Assembly: GCF_001194135.2 (NCBI RefSeq)
Contig: NC_068992.1
Span: 2,409,561 to 2,473,560 of the forward strand
Source: Octopus bimaculoides
Lineage: Eukaryota
Direction of reading: 5' to 3'
DNA length: 64,000 bases
In this document: positions 39,864 to 54,376 of the stretch, in pieces
How the letters are laid out: each line of letters starts with the position of its first letter
How positions within the stretch are numbered: the first letter of the stretch is position 1
Position numbers and translations under genes: made by a program
Notes under the pieces: model-generated
Seen by the model: the letters and a program-made list of their open reading frames with translations, nothing else
Databases searched by the model: none
What the model was told of the DNA's origin: nothing

Positions 39864-42800
39864 TTCTCTGTTATAAAATTGGAGTAAATCATGAATAGTG
39901 CCCTGTTACTCCATCTCAAGTATTGTAAACTTGGTGGGGGTCTATCTGTCCCCTAGTTTTAACCCACAGTGGATTTCTTCTAGAAAGGAGTGACAGAGTT
40001 ATGGAAGGAAAATTAGGCCCTGAATAAATACTTTATTTATTGACTCAAAAAAAGAAAGAAGAAAAATGCAAAGTAAATTTGGTCTCAGTAAGATTCCAAC
40101 TTAAGGATCCAGTGAAACATAACAAATCCCCAAAAGCATTTTATCTGATACTCTAACACAGTGGTTCTCAGAAAGCCAGATCACATTCCTTCCATCTATG
40201 GTCCTTAGTTTCCTCATTTCTGCCACCCTTTTCATTTATCATCTTGTAATTTTTCACCATTCTAATATTACAGGAACAATTATTGAAACAATTTCTGAAA
40301 TTAAATGATTTTATTAATTGCAATCAAATCAACAAAAGAAACCTAATTTCTAAAAGAATTATCAAATTCCTTAGTTAATGAAATGGTCAACTTATTTTGA
40401 AGAAAACTCGTCCTTCCTATGGCCATTTATGGCTTAATGGAACTGCAGCTGAGTTCACATGATCTTCAGCTCAGAAAACAGCAACTTCTGCCAAAGTATA
40501 TTAAGGAAAACAAAAACCAAGAATATGAATGTTTCATGTAAATGATTATCAAAACCATATTCATTGGAACACACTTAAACTACGAGAATACATTCACATG
40601 CAAGAACATTCAAACAATAATTGCATCGCTGAGATCTATGCATGAACAAGCATGTAAATAAATATGCATACATACATCACACATGACTAGATCCCTAAAC
40701 ACATGTTACATACATGTTCATATCCACATATTTATAGGCATACCCAAACACAAATATATTCGTGCCCCTCTCTCTCTCTCTCTCCCCTCCCGTTCCTAAT
40801 CATTCTTACCAATATTCCCCACCCCTCACACACATACACACATACATTCCCTTTTAACACATTCCTATACACTTCATAAAACACCGATCCTCTCATCACT
40901 GACCTGAATATAAAGACAAACAGGCATAAATAGATACATTTAATAAAGAGGTACATGCACACCATAACTGGATCCTGCTGCTGTTTGAGTTATGAATATA
41001 TGTTTTTTAATTATGATTTTTTTGTTAATACCAGCAGGTGTTAAAAATCATTAATTTGTTTCTCTCCAACTGTTGTCACTTATCTTATTCTAGTTGTTTC
41101 TTTTGCCTCTTCACGCTTTATATCTAAATTACATTTTTCTTTATATTTTACTTCAATATTTTTTTACTTAAATAGACGGGCAAATTTTGCTTGCCACCCA
41201 CATAATCAATTCATAGACGCTAAATGCAAACACACACATATACATAGACATGCATGTACATGCACACACAAACACTATACATTATGCATACTGGCATCAC
41301 CTACCAAATAAATTAAATGAGTGAAGATAAAAAAAAATAGTTTTTAAAATATCAACAACACAGAAATTTTGCAACAACAAAAAGGAGTGAAGATGAGAAA
41401 AGTTCCTGGTGAGACAAGCTCGTAAGCAGTGGGAGAAAAAGACATTTAACTGTGTAGAAAATATATTAATGAGGTCTAAAATTTCAAAGTAAATTTCCTA
41501 CTTCATTTTCAACATGCAAATCATTTTTTATTTGTTTTAATGCACTTTTACTTTTTACGCTTGTTAGTATTATATGGGTGGGTGGGCATGGAGAGAGAGG
41601 GGAGTCTGTGTAAGGGGCACTGTGTGTGGATGTGTGTGTGTAGAGAGGTTTCTATGCTTGCAAGCATACTCACGCACACACACACATATATATATGCATG
41701 AACACTAACGTTATATGATGTTGCTTCTAATATACATGCAAGTCTGACATAGACTGCTGAACACATAAGCAGATACGTGTTTATTTATCTAACTGAATCA
41801 ATACTTGTTTATAGAGAAGAGATATCATTTTAATTGCTGCTAGTTAATGTAGCTGAAGGGCCAATAAATTTGTTAATATTACGTATATTCCAATAACAAC
41901 AACTACAGATAATTATTGCATGAAATACGTTGATCAGCAGATTTCTTTTTACTTTAATTAATGGGTTTCAGGACCTGATGGTGCAAGTATAATTTGGTAC
42001 TCCCCACCACCACCACCACCATTTTGCTTCAATTAACAGCTGTGAGGGGTCTGAAGAAATCTTATGTCCCTTCCTTCATGTGCTCAAGCAGCTTCTGCCA
42101 TCAACCCCTGCTGCAATTCTGCTTTTTCTATCATAGGTTATAAGGGGATCAGTTTGGGTGCAAAAACGTTTTATGGAAGTAAAATAATAATAATAACAAC
42201 AACAAGAAGGAAAAGAATAATAATAGTAATAATAATAGTAATAGTAATAATAATAATAATAATAATAGTAATAATAATGATAATAACAATAATAATAATA
42301 ACAATACCAGTCCCACTACTTGGCACTTTGGGTGTATGTATATATATATACTTATTTATTTATTTATTTATTTATTTATACACACATAGATATGTTACAC
42401 GGTGGGTGCATGGTTTAGTGGTTAGGGTGTTGCTCTTGTGAGCACTCGATCATGGTTTTAATTCCCAGATTGGGCAATGCGATGTGCTCATGAGCAAAAG
42501 CACTACATTTCATGCAGCTCTGCAACCACTTCAGCACCAGATGTGTGGCACACCTGTATACTTGTACAAGCAATGTTGATCTGATGGAATGAGCGAATTA
42601 ATTGTGCAACTGGAAATAACTGTGGTGCACATGACCCCTGTGGGTCCGTGTAAGATCTCGGTGGGACCCATGCAGCTGAAATAATAAACTGGATATGCAA
42701 ATGAAAAATGTTTGCTTTAGAAATATTTATTGCAAAAAGCAGCTGGGTTTCTTTCTCTAAGATTTTACAAAGTTGAAACCACACAAGTGAATGTGTGGAA

Positions 42801-43174
42801 ACAAAATAGGAATTTTAAAAGCAGCATCAATAAAACTAGTTTCTAAACATCGAATGGCTGGGTGGCGGTTCACCAGAATAAAATAGTAATGGAAAAGTCC
42901 ATAGGTAGAAAATGGCTGGAAACCAATGCTACAAAGGAAACACCTGTGCAGGTTGTCCAGCAAGATATAACAGGATTCTCATCTATTAATTATGACAGGT
43001 GAGCCATGTTGTATATATGGAAAATATACCTTACAGTAATATGTAGTCAAGTTAAATCTTATGAAATCTGTACCTTCAACACAGTACTACAACATAAAAC
43101 TATAGAACGATAAGATAGCAATCTATCCTGGCTTTATAAGAATAACTTTATAATAATAATAATAATAATAATGA

Positions 43175-43905
43175 AATTATTGTGTTTAGTGCTCAGGTGC
43201 ACTACAACTCATCAAAGAATTATGTACAAAAGTCAGGAAAGTGAACAGTGCATGAGTCGTAATATACATATGTGCATGCGTAAGGAGGCAGGGGAAATCA
43301 GGTGTTAGTGTTGGCAAATTTCAGGAAGCATGAAGGTTTTAAAGGATGCAATGTCTCTGCAGCTAACAAATGATGCAAGTAATTTGTTCCATGCTTCAGT
43401 AACTCTGAGTGTGAAAAAAATGTTTCTGAAAGTCATGGGAGCTGTGCTGTTTTCTGACTTTGTAGGCATGCCCACATGTGTTAGACACATGGAGCTGAAA
43501 AATGGTGCTCAAAGTGGTTGTTGGCACAAGGGTTAATAATTTTGTAGGTGTTTACCAAGTCAGTTGCCAGATGTCAGAGCTTCAATGTATCCATGCCCAG
43601 GGAAGCAAGTCGTTCAAAATGTGGTAGATGCCTGATGGAGGGTATCTCTTGACTGCACATCTCTAAACAGTTTCCAGGAGGTTAATCTTCCGAGCAAGTT
43701 AGGAGTTCCAGACTGGTGATGCAAACTCCAAGTGTGGCCACACCATAGCCATATACTGCCTTAAATAGAAAGCTGGAGAGCGGCTGACAAAGGTCTTGTT
43801 GGGTGATGCCAAGACACCCTCAGCCTTCTTGACAATTTTAGAGATGTGCTTTGTCCAGTGCTGACACTAATGTCCAGGTCACGTTTGCAAGACGACTTCT
43901 TGATA
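43175..43905 (-). mobile_element. 5'-truncated CR1 LINE 3' end
   Basis: KRDLDI..WTKHISKIVKKAEG..MVWPHLEFASPVWN..ERLASLG and FFTLRVTEAWNKL are CR1 C-terminal motifs; an AAT-type repeat lies at the 3' side. Confidence 0.85.
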
Positions 43906-44848
43906 TCATTTTTGTGGAGAGCGTATGTAGAGTATGTGAGGAAATATATCTGTAAAAGTAATTTGGCTTTGTTAATAAAAGAAGCAAAAAACCCCAAATT
44001 AACAAAAATATCTCAGGAAATTTTATGTAATAAAAAATGTGCACTTTCTAGGAATTGAAACCTGCCTGTAAGTTTTGGTTTAGCCAATAGTTCAACTGTT
44101 GCCTGTAAAATTTAAGAAATGTTAGATGGAAAATAATTCTGCTGATATCTGTATACCAGTGTACAGATGCAGAAACAACATCAACCACAACAACAAACTT
44201 AAAACATATTTTATTAATGTACTGCAAATGTTAATGTAGATAGAAAAGGAAGTGGTGGTGGTGGTGGTGGTGGTGGCAGGGAGGCTCTTTAGTTAAATGT
44301 GTAGAAAGTGAACCGAGAGGGAACATGAGGGAAAAGAAACAGAAAATACAACAAAAAGAAGAAATAATCTAGAATGACAAGACTAAGGAACTGGGTCATT
44401 AATCTTTGGTACCACGTTAAAATTTGATGTTTTATGTTGCTGGAATCTTCACTGTCACTGATATGTTCTTGTTCCTAAAAGAGGAAATGAACTGTTGGGG
44501 AAACGAAGGAAAATAAAATTAAAATGATTAACATTACAAAAACTTCTTCTTTTTGCATTTGCTTATTCATGATGGAATAAGTTATGATTAATGTGTAGAG
44601 GAATATTGGTTGTTAACATCTTTTTGTGACTGTATTGTAGTTAAATGTTCATACATGTGTATGGGGTGGTGGTAGATATACACTTATGTGTGTGTCTTTA
44701 TATGTATATATACGTATGTGTGAATGTATTTTAATACTCATGCACGTGTGCACAAGCATGCATAGGTATCAGTAAAATTCTATGTTCAGCATACACAAAA
44801 ACTTGTGCATATACTTGTAAAGTAGTGAGGACTGTACATTTAAATATT

Positions 44849-45063
44849 CTTTCCTACTCTAGGGCACAAGGCCTGAAATTTTGGGGGGAGGGGCCAGTTG
44901 ATTAGATCGACCCCAGTACACTACTGATACTTAATTTATCAACCCCGAAAGAATAAAAGATAAAGTCGACCTCGGCAGAATTTGAACTTAGAACGTAAAT
45001 ACAGACGAAATACCGCTAAGCATTTTGCCCGGTGTGCTAACGTTTCCACCAGCTCACCGCCTT
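44849..45063 (-). mobile_element. Full-length family-1 SINE with a 16-bp TSD
   Basis: TGTACATTTAAATATT at 44833-44848 and 45064-45079. Confidence 0.92.
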
Positions 45064-45245
45064 TGTACATTTAAATATTACACACAATAGCTCATCTGTT
45101 TCTATCCANNNNNNNNNNNNNNNNNNNNNNNNNNNNNNNNNNNNNNNNNNNNNNNNNNNNNNNNNNNNNNNNNNNNNNNNNNNNNNNNNNNNNNNNNNNN
45201 NNNNNNNNNNNNNNNNNNNNNNNNNNNNNNNNGTCTGTCTATCTT

Positions 45246-45284
<39 letters not shown>

Positions 45285-46019
45285 TTATATATATTTTTAT
45301 ATACATATATATATATAGAGACAGAGGTGTTTTTCACTGTTTCCATGGAAAAGTATTATGTTTTTTTTTTCAAGCAAAGGTCCAACTTGACAAACTATAA
45401 TATCAATGATGAAGATAAGAATGATGGTGGTCCTAATATCATTGAAAAAAAAAAAACAGAAAATAATAATGCATTCATAAATGAGATGATGTTCAATTCT
45501 TAAAGGCAAGATGGTGGTCGTGGAGGTGAAGGAACGGAGTTGAAAAGAAGAAAATAATTGATTGGATGAATGAAAAAGATTCAACAAAAGACAAAAAAAC
45601 AAAGAAGAATCTACTAAAAGACAAAAAGAAACGAAGGAAAACAACATAGAAATGAGTGGAAAAATCATCTGTGTACACCAAAGTCATGTAAAATGGGCCA
45701 TAAACCATAAAAGCTACTCTCATGGCTGCACTAACTGCAGATTTTTGCAGCATTGAGAAGAATTCACTTTCTCTTAGTTCTATGGTGAAAATTGCATGTT
45801 TATTTGTGTTCATTAAAGTCATTTATTAACCCATAACTCGGAACCACATTATCAATCTTCTACTATGTTCTAAATGAGCTTTTGATGGCAGCCTGCACTT
45901 ATTGATTTTGGTGGGTTTTTGGGGGTTTTTTCTTTGTTGTCTTAAATTTTTTTTTTATTTATTTATCAAGACCAATTCTTGCTCAGTCTTCAGAAAAAGA
46001 CTGAGAAACAGGTACACAA

Positions 46020-46545
46020 CACCATCAGCAGTAGCAATGGTTGTAGTTGTAGTAATAGTAGTTGTGGTGGTGGTTGTAGTAGTTGTGGTAACAGCAGCAG
46101 TGGTAGCAGCAGCAGCAACTGTAATAGTAGTAGTCGTAGTAGTAGCATAGTAGCAACAGCAGCAGTAGTTGTAGTAATAGTAGTAGTAGTCGTTGTAGTA
46201 GTAGCAGCAGCAGTAGTAGTAGTTGTGGCAGTAGCAGCTGTGGTGGTGGTGGTGGTGGTGGTGGCTGTAATAGTTGTGGTGGCGGCAGCAGCAACTGTAG
46301 TAGTAGTAGTAGCAGAAATAGTAGTAGTAGTAGTGGCACTGGCGGCTGTGGTAGTAGTGGTGTTGGCGGCAGCAGTGGAAGTAGTAGTGGTAGCAATAGT
46401 AATAGCAGCAGTTGTAGTAGTAGTGGTGGCGGCAGTAGTAGTAGTAGTAGCGGTGGTAGTGGCAGCGGTGGTACTAGTGGTGGCAGTAGCAGTAGTGGTG
46501 GTGGTGGTTGCGGTGGTGGCAACGGCAGCTGTAGTTTGAGAGACA
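46020..46545. repeat. Degenerate (GTA/GTG/GCA)n trinucleotide tract
   Basis: Directly visible; gives poly-V/A/T ORFs. Confidence 0.9.
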
Positions 46546-47049
46546 GTAGTATAAGGAACAGAAGAAACATTGAGAAAAGCCAGTTTGTCTCTGAGCCAAG
46601 AATTCCTTCTTCCCCAACTCTTCACAGCTGAAGCTCTCTGCTCTCTTCTACAAGTCCACCTTGGGTCCTCTCCCTGCCTTTTCTGCTTAATACTGTTGTT
46701 ATTATTATTACTATCATCATCATCATTATCATTATTATTATTACTATCATCATTAATATTATTATTATTATTATTATTATTATGAAACGATGAACATCAT
46801 TCCAATTGTTTTAGTAGCATCCAGCAAGAAGCGCTGTAAGAGCAACAGTACTGGTTGCATCATTAACAGCAGCAGCAGCAGCAGCAATATCTGCACAGAT
46901 AGCTGTGATACCATCATCATCATCGTGATCATCATCATCACCATCATCATCGTTATCGTCATCACTGTTACCATATGCTTGGTGTAGGAATGGTTTGATC
47001 ATTATTATCGTTATCATTTGCCAACATAAAATTGGTCGCATCACCACCT

Positions 47050-47078
47050 TATTCCTCCTCTTCCTCATATTCATTCTT

Positions 47079-47109
<31 letters not shown>

Positions 47110-47705
47110 CTACTGACATGTATATCAAAATAAGCATGGCATCAAGATCCAACATGACCTGCCAAATAACACATCATCATCACCATCGTCGTCGTCACCA
47201 CCACCACCACCATTATCCCTGCCACCATCATCACCATCATTGTCATTGTCTTCATCACCACCACCATCACCACCATCACGACCACCACCACCATTATCCC
47301 TGCCACCATCATCATCATCATTGTCATTGTCCTCATCACNNNNNNNNNNNNNNNNNNNNNNNNNNNNNNNNNNNNNNNNNNNNNNNNNNNNNNNNNNNNN
47401 NNNNNNNNNNNNNNNNNNNNNNNNNNNNNNNNNNNNNNNNNNNNNNNNNNNNNNNNNNNNNNNNNNNNNNNNNNNNNNNNNNNNNNNNNNNNNNNNNNNN
47501 NNNNNNNNNNNNNNNNNNNNNNNNNNNNNNNNNNNNNNNNNNNNNNNNNCACCACCACCACCATTATCCCTGCCACCATCATCACCATCATTGTCATTGT
47601 CTTCATCACCACCACCATCACCACCATCACGACCACCACCACCATTATCCCTGCCACCATCATCATCATCATTGTCATTGTCCTCATCACCACCACCACC
47701 ATCTT
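47050..47705. repeat. (CAT/CAC)n tract with an 81-bp higher-order unit, interrupted by a gap
   Basis: ACCACCACCACCATTATCCCTGCCACCATC unit at about 47199, 47281, 47551 and 47632. Confidence 0.85.
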
Positions 47706-49583
47706 CTCCCCACATGATTTGAAGCCTTTTTTTAAATGGTTCTTTTTTTTCCATTTTTTTTTTCTTATCCTATATATATAAGCATGAAGCATTAGATTTT
47801 AAGGATGTGGTGGCAGGGTGGGGAGCAGAGGATTTTTGAAATTATGTCTATGATGCTCTATCTGAAGAGATAAAAGTGAAAATCAGGATTAATGATGCAA
47901 GTGATTTCTCCTCGCACCGTTTTCTTCTGGTAGGTGTTATAATCGATGGAATCTATCGTAACTCTATAACTGATACTTTTAACAATTTCAGAAAGATTGA
48001 GGAGGTGAAATTGACACAGTTGATGAATTCAATTCACCATATTGATGTTTAATGAAAGATAGGTAGGATGAAGTTTGAACTCTAAGAATTATCAGATTAC
48101 CTGTTCTATAATAATGATTACCTGTTCTATATTAATTATAAATTGCAAGGAGAGAAAATAAATATATGCAAACAAAACAAGAAAACGAGCAAAAAAAAAA
48201 ATGAAGTTAAAGCTAACATCGTATCGTCCTCTGTAGCTTGTCAGATGAAACAGAAGCTTAAATAAAATATTAATAAAAAGAGTTAAAGGAAGTTGTTTTC
48301 CAGGCTTTTAAGAAAAGGAAGAAAAAGGTTGAGATAAAAAGGGAAATGAAAATCACAAAGAGAAATGGGGCTGTTGTAAATTTAATAGAAAGCAATCCAG
48401 AAAATGAATTGGTTTTTATTTATTTTTCTCNNNNNNNNNNNNNNNNNNNNNNNNNNNNNNNNNNNNNNNNNNNNNNNNNNNNNNNNNNNNNNNNNNNNNN
48501 NNNNNNNNNNNNNNNNNNNNNNNNNNNNNNACATAAACACATACATAATTCAACATAAACACCATGTACCTGTATACACAGTCGCTTGGAACACACAGAA
48601 GCTCACCCAATCTACAATCAATGCAAACCCCTTATACACATCCCTTTGATATGCTCATTTAGAATTTAGATGCAGCCCTATTTCCCCGTTTCCCCTCTTT
48701 TCTGACTTAAATACGGCAGTTAACCTATTTATACACCTACCAAGCATTTCCATATTTTCATACCTGTGTTAATGAGGGAGCCTCTATAACCCTGAGTAAT
48801 CAGCTAGAAATAACAGCCAACTTTCTCTCAAATCATATATTACTATCTGAAAAAAAAAAAAGGAAGGCAATATTGATAATGTGTTCATAGATATACTGTG
48901 TCTGAGAAAATCAATTATAGTCTGAGCTGAAACGCCTTTGATCTTGACGTTACTTGATCAGGCAATACTCAGGGTTAAACAACAACAACAATATATTGAT
49001 GTTGGATCTGTTTATGGAAGGAGTAAACGCAGGACCTTTTGACAATGTTTTGAGGGTTTTGTCAGTTTATGACTTTTCCAGGGTATCCCGTCTGCCAAAC
49101 CATTGATGTTGTATTCGTGCTTAAGCCAAGAGCAATCTTAGTCCTGTGAATGCCAAAGTAACTTCGCTAGTGCTGGTGCCACAGAAAGAGCATGCTGTAC
49201 ATTCTGTTAAGTTTTTAGCAATAGGAAGGGCATTCAGTTACAGAAACTTAGGCAAGGCAGATATTGGCACATGGTACAGCCTTCTGACATCAGATCTTGT
49301 CAAACTGTCCAACCAGTGCCAATGTAGAAGACAGGCATAAACTGATGATAATGATATATATCATCATCATCATCATCATCATCGTTTAACGTCCGTTTTC
49401 CATGCTGGCATGGGTTGGACAGTTTAACTGAGGTCCGGAGAGCCAGCAGCTGCACCAGGCTCCAATCTGATCTGGAAATGTTTCAGCAGCTGGGTGCCCT
49501 TCCTAACACCAACCACTCTGAGAGTGTAGTGGCTGCTATATCTATCTATCTATCTGTATATATATATATATATATATAAATAT

Positions 49584-49622
<39 letters not shown>

Positions 49623-50477
49623 CACACACACATTTGTATGTCTGCAAGTATGTATGTGTAAGAATATACACATGCACACACATTCATGTACGCATAGTGT
49701 TTGAACATGGTGTGTGTGACTGTATATGTGTATGTGTAGAGCAGGGCGGGGAGGTGTGGGATTTCAGTTAGTCGTTACTATTTCTATGTTTGTAGTTAGT
49801 TAAATGATGGTAGTTGAATAATAAAACGCTACTGATACAAGTTCAACAGTTCACAAAACAAGTGTTGACTGCGTAATAGAAAATATTATTATTGCTGTTG
49901 TTGTTGTTTTTGTTAATATTATTATTATTAATATTAATTATTATTATTATTAATATTATTATTATCATCAACATTGTTGATCGTTTCCGATACATATATA
50001 ATAGCAAATCACGAATGAAACATCAGTTGGAAACCAAGTCTTGTTATTGAACCAGTCCACATGGTGAAGCAGACAGATTTTCCCAGGAATTCTTTCTACA
50101 AATACACAAATACAACAAGGGATTATATTTGGAGCCACAGAACAGATTTATTTCTATGATTATTTGTATGTGTAAGTTGGTGGGGAACTGACGGTGGGTG
50201 GAGGAGGTAAAGTATTACATAAAACTGTACATTTCTGTGTCTGTCTGTATGTGCATATGCACACATTCACACACACGTGCACATTATATATATATATATA
50301 CTTATATATATATGCACAGAAATAGAGAGACAGAGAGATATATATAGATGGATAGATTTACATATATTTACATATAAGGTGGGGGTAGAATAATACAAAA
50401 TTGTCAGTGTATGCATAGATATATGTGTATGCTTGAGTAGGAGTGGTGATTTAATGTGAACATTTATTTGAATACAT

Positions 50478-50513
<36 letters not shown>

Positions 50514-52849
50514 CTGTGTGCAGGAGAGGAAGAGAGAGACAGTGTCTTTGGTTGACTTTTGCTGGCTTTTGAACAGATGTGATCAAAATATGAACTGTTG
50601 CTCTCAATTTGATTTACAGATCATATTGATTTAAGCTGGCTTTGTTGTTTATTCTCTGCTCTAGGGTGGCGGGGTGTGGAGTATCATTACACACGCTCAC
50701 ATATACAGGCATACATATATTTAAATACATACATACATACATGAATATGTGTGTGTGTGTGTGTGTGATATGTATCTATATATTCATATATATATAAACA
50801 TATATATATATATATATATATAGACCCACATACAAATATATACATGTAATATACGCACACACATATATAGATAAATAAATGACATAAGTATATAAGCTGT
50901 AAGAGTAGAAACAAATGAAAAACAGTACAATTCTAGTTTTGATCTCAGTTTGTCATAAGCATTAGAGACATTAAAACAAATATTTTCTATAGTTAAGACA
51001 AGAGGAATTTCTCCCAATGCATTGTAAGGAACCATCCTATGTCTAAAAACCATAGAAAGGAACAGGGTTTTGGTACAAACAATTTTGATGCATGATATTA
51101 TATTGAATATAGAAGCTATATTAGGAAAGAATACAGAAGGGTGGCAATTATGGTTGTGCACTGGTGTAATAACAAGCTTTCCTGGACTCAAATTTCATAA
51201 ATTATAAACCATAAACCAAAATTCATAAACCATTTTAGTAGAAAGTGGGTTATACATCTTTAGATTGTATACCTGACTTTCTACTAAAAAATTAAAGAAA
51301 TTGACGGAACGCTGAACTCCAGACTAAACAACTTAAACAACATTTATTTAGGTGATAAACATACATATCTTTTAGTTATACATCTTTAGAGGTGAGAATA
51401 ACGAGCTGTCGAGTATAAGACCGAAAGATGTAGGGACAGCTTTTAAACGCACGTCCATGCTCAATCACTGGCCAGCGTGAAAGAGAATGAATTGAGCGGG
51501 AAACGCTTGCTTTATTAATTCTACGCATGCGCAGGCGTTACTACACCATAAATCAAAATTTATAGATCATAAATCAAAATTCATAAATCTGTGCCAATAT
51601 CAATATGTTTGAGGTGCTGCAAATTATCTAGGTTACATGTTGGCACAGAGATGATGTAACAGAGATGATATGTAAAACATATTAATGTCCCTTGTAGACA
51701 CACTGTTAAATACGTTGCAAGCACTTGGTAACCTCACTAGTGCTGGTGCCCTGAAAAACCTTTGATGCCCTCAAGATATTACTTCATTGCCAAATACATT
51801 TCTTAATCAACACATTCCATCTTTCAGGCAAGTTTCCTTAAGATAAAAATCCTTAAACTGGTTAGAATCAAATAAAACCATTGAGCACTAGCTACCACAT
51901 TTGGTGTCTTGGTGTTTGGCAGAGCAAGTGAAATATTGACTGTTGAAGCCATCATCATCTCTGAGCAATGAATTTGGGGATTTTATCTGATACAAATTCA
52001 CTTGAGAGGGAGAATGCAATGGCTAACAGATACAGGGTAACAGTGCTCACTGCTTAGTGTTGTCACTCTGTATTTTATTTACAGGGAGCTGTCAACTGGG
52101 AAAACCAGTCATTGTACAGTGATGGGAATATAATAAATGTCAGTTCACATCTGCCTTTCTAGTTTCTGTTGTTGAAGTGGAAACAACCACTCCAAAATGC
52201 ATGCATCCAACAGTCTGGTTAGGAGACACTACAAACTGACTCAGTATGTTTACACCTATTTATCATTTACAGTGAGAAATTTTCTCTATGACAAAATACA
52301 GTGTATGGTTAAGAGATATATTTAGTAAGAGAATAATATTCTGAGCCTGTTGAAGGCTTCATCAAGTGTAACTTTTATTTAATGTTTTTCTTTAAGCTTT
52401 GAAAAGTACATTTTCAAGCTGAATATTTCATTGTTGAAACTATGTGTTTGTAATATTTATATCTTTTTCAATCAATCATTTGGTAAACAGTTGATTTTCA
52501 CCTTCTTTTTGTACACGCAGTTGTGTATTTTGATTTTGTATTGTTTCCCTTCTGTTTACCTTTGTAGAGTTTGGATATGTGACATATCTATATTTAGCTG
52601 CCATTTTAGATGTAGGAATGTAATATGTTGAAATAAATAAATTTTCAAAGTTTATAAAACAAACCCTTTTTGATATCAACCCCATATTATTGGGGCCAGA
52701 GTTTCCTTAGTTAATCATAGTCCTTTTATGTGAGTGTTCCAAAAAAAATTTCATTTGCTTATTGTTTGAATGAATCATGCCACTACATGAGTCAGTAATA
52801 ATGATGATGATGATGATGATGATGATGATATCATAAATAATAATAATAA

Positions 52850-53075
52850 CAATGGTTTCAAATTTTGGTACAATGCCAGAAATTTAGGGGGAGGGGCTAA
52901 GTCAATCAGATAGATTGACCCCAGTGCGTAACTGGTATGTATTTTATCACGTTAGAAAGGACAAAAGGCAAAGTTGACCTTGGCGGTATTTGAACTTGGA
53001 ACTTTTAAAGACAGACAAAATCCCACCATGTATTTTGCCTGGCATGCTAATGATTCTGCCAGCTCACTGCCTTCA
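52850..53075 (-). mobile_element. Decayed family-1 SINE
   Basis: AAAGGCAAAGTTGACCTTGGCGGTATTTGAACTT..GATTCTGCCAGCTCACTGCC. Confidence 0.8.
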
Positions 53076-53084
53076 AGAAATGTA

Positions 53085-53325
53085 ATATTGAAAATGGTCA
53101 TGTCCTTGGGAGAGAAATTCTCAAGATCAAGAACATCATCAAAGAGGGAGTAAGAGCTTTTGAAACCAGTCGGATTGCCAAACAAGAAGTAAAGATGAGG
53201 TGCAGAAAAGACGGACAAAAACAACCAAGAAGGGAACATCCATTTGGAAATATTAGTTCCACTTGTGAAAGGAACTTCTGGGCAAGAATTGGATCCGTTA
53301 TTCATCTCAGAATCTCTCAATAACT
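53085..53325 (+). mobile_element. RTE LINE C-terminal remnant
   Basis: IIKEGVRAFETSRIAKQEVKMRCRK...STCERNFWARIGSVIHLR matches the RTE terminal G...FE..R....KR..RK and C..C.R.F.SRIGL.SH.R pattern. Confidence 0.75.
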
Positions 53326-53747
53326 AAAAAGAGACAAAAATCAAAATTGAAAAACAAGAGCAAAATCCATCATCCTCAATCTTGAGGTTTAACCACAACG
53401 ACAACAATGTTGTGTATATTCATAAATACAAAAGTGTGTGTGTGTGTGTGTGTGTGTGATTTTAAAAGCTAGCCTAATTCTTTTCAATTTGTGGTTCACT
53501 TCTGAAAAGCTGCGAGTTATTTTTATTTATGTATTTAAGTATGACTTACGATGTAGCTCTTCGAAACGCTGGTGTTAAAACGGGGGCAGCTGATGAAGAA
53601 GAATGTTCTCTATGTGGCTTGTGTGTTTTCTCATCTACGTTTTGTTTGCAATGTCCTGTACCCAGATATGCACCTATACATACAGGTGGATGTCGGTATG
53701 CACATACCTGTACGTATATATGCATATACTCATTTACTATTTGTTTT

Positions 53748-53798
<51 letters not shown>

Positions 53799-54105
53799 CT
53801 ATTTTTATACGTTCTACTTTTAAGTAATAATAACTAAAAATAACTACATGGCTAATTCTATATATTTTTAAGTACATTCATTAATTAAAAACTAAGATAT
53901 TAATCTCTTCGTGAACCCAAAGTATTATTAGGTCAATATTTCGATTGTTTCTTTAAGTAGCAAAACATATTTCATTAATATGCTTATAATACACTTCATA
54001 CTGCTTTTGACATATTTTAATTAATAAACATTGATTGTTTTCAAATCATTCTTTAATTTTTCTTACTGAATATATGTATTCGAAACCTACTCACACATTA
54101 TTATT

Positions 54106-54140
<35 letters not shown>

Positions 54141-54142
54141 TG

Positions 54143-54186
<44 letters not shown>

Positions 54187-54341
54187 GCTAGTAGTAGTAG
54201 TATAAGGTGGTGAGCTGGCTAAGGCAGTGAGATGGCAGAATTATTAGCACAGTGGGTGAAATGTTTATTATTAGTATTATAACTTTCTTCTTCTTCTTCT
54301 TCTTCTTCTTCTTCTTCTTCTCCTTCTTCTTCTCCTTCATC

Positions 54342-54374
<33 letters not shown>

Positions 54375-54376
<2 letters not shown>

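Noticed and set aside
45493-45822. GPCR-like transmembrane ORF on the minus strand
   Set aside because: The hydrophobicity comes from T-rich composition; there is only a loose YGPF resemblance and no other 7TM motifs or splice support.
53550-53660. Hammerhead core pieces (GAAACG then CTGATGAAG)
   Set aside because: No helices could be assembled; probably a decayed Penelope-type terminal repeat.
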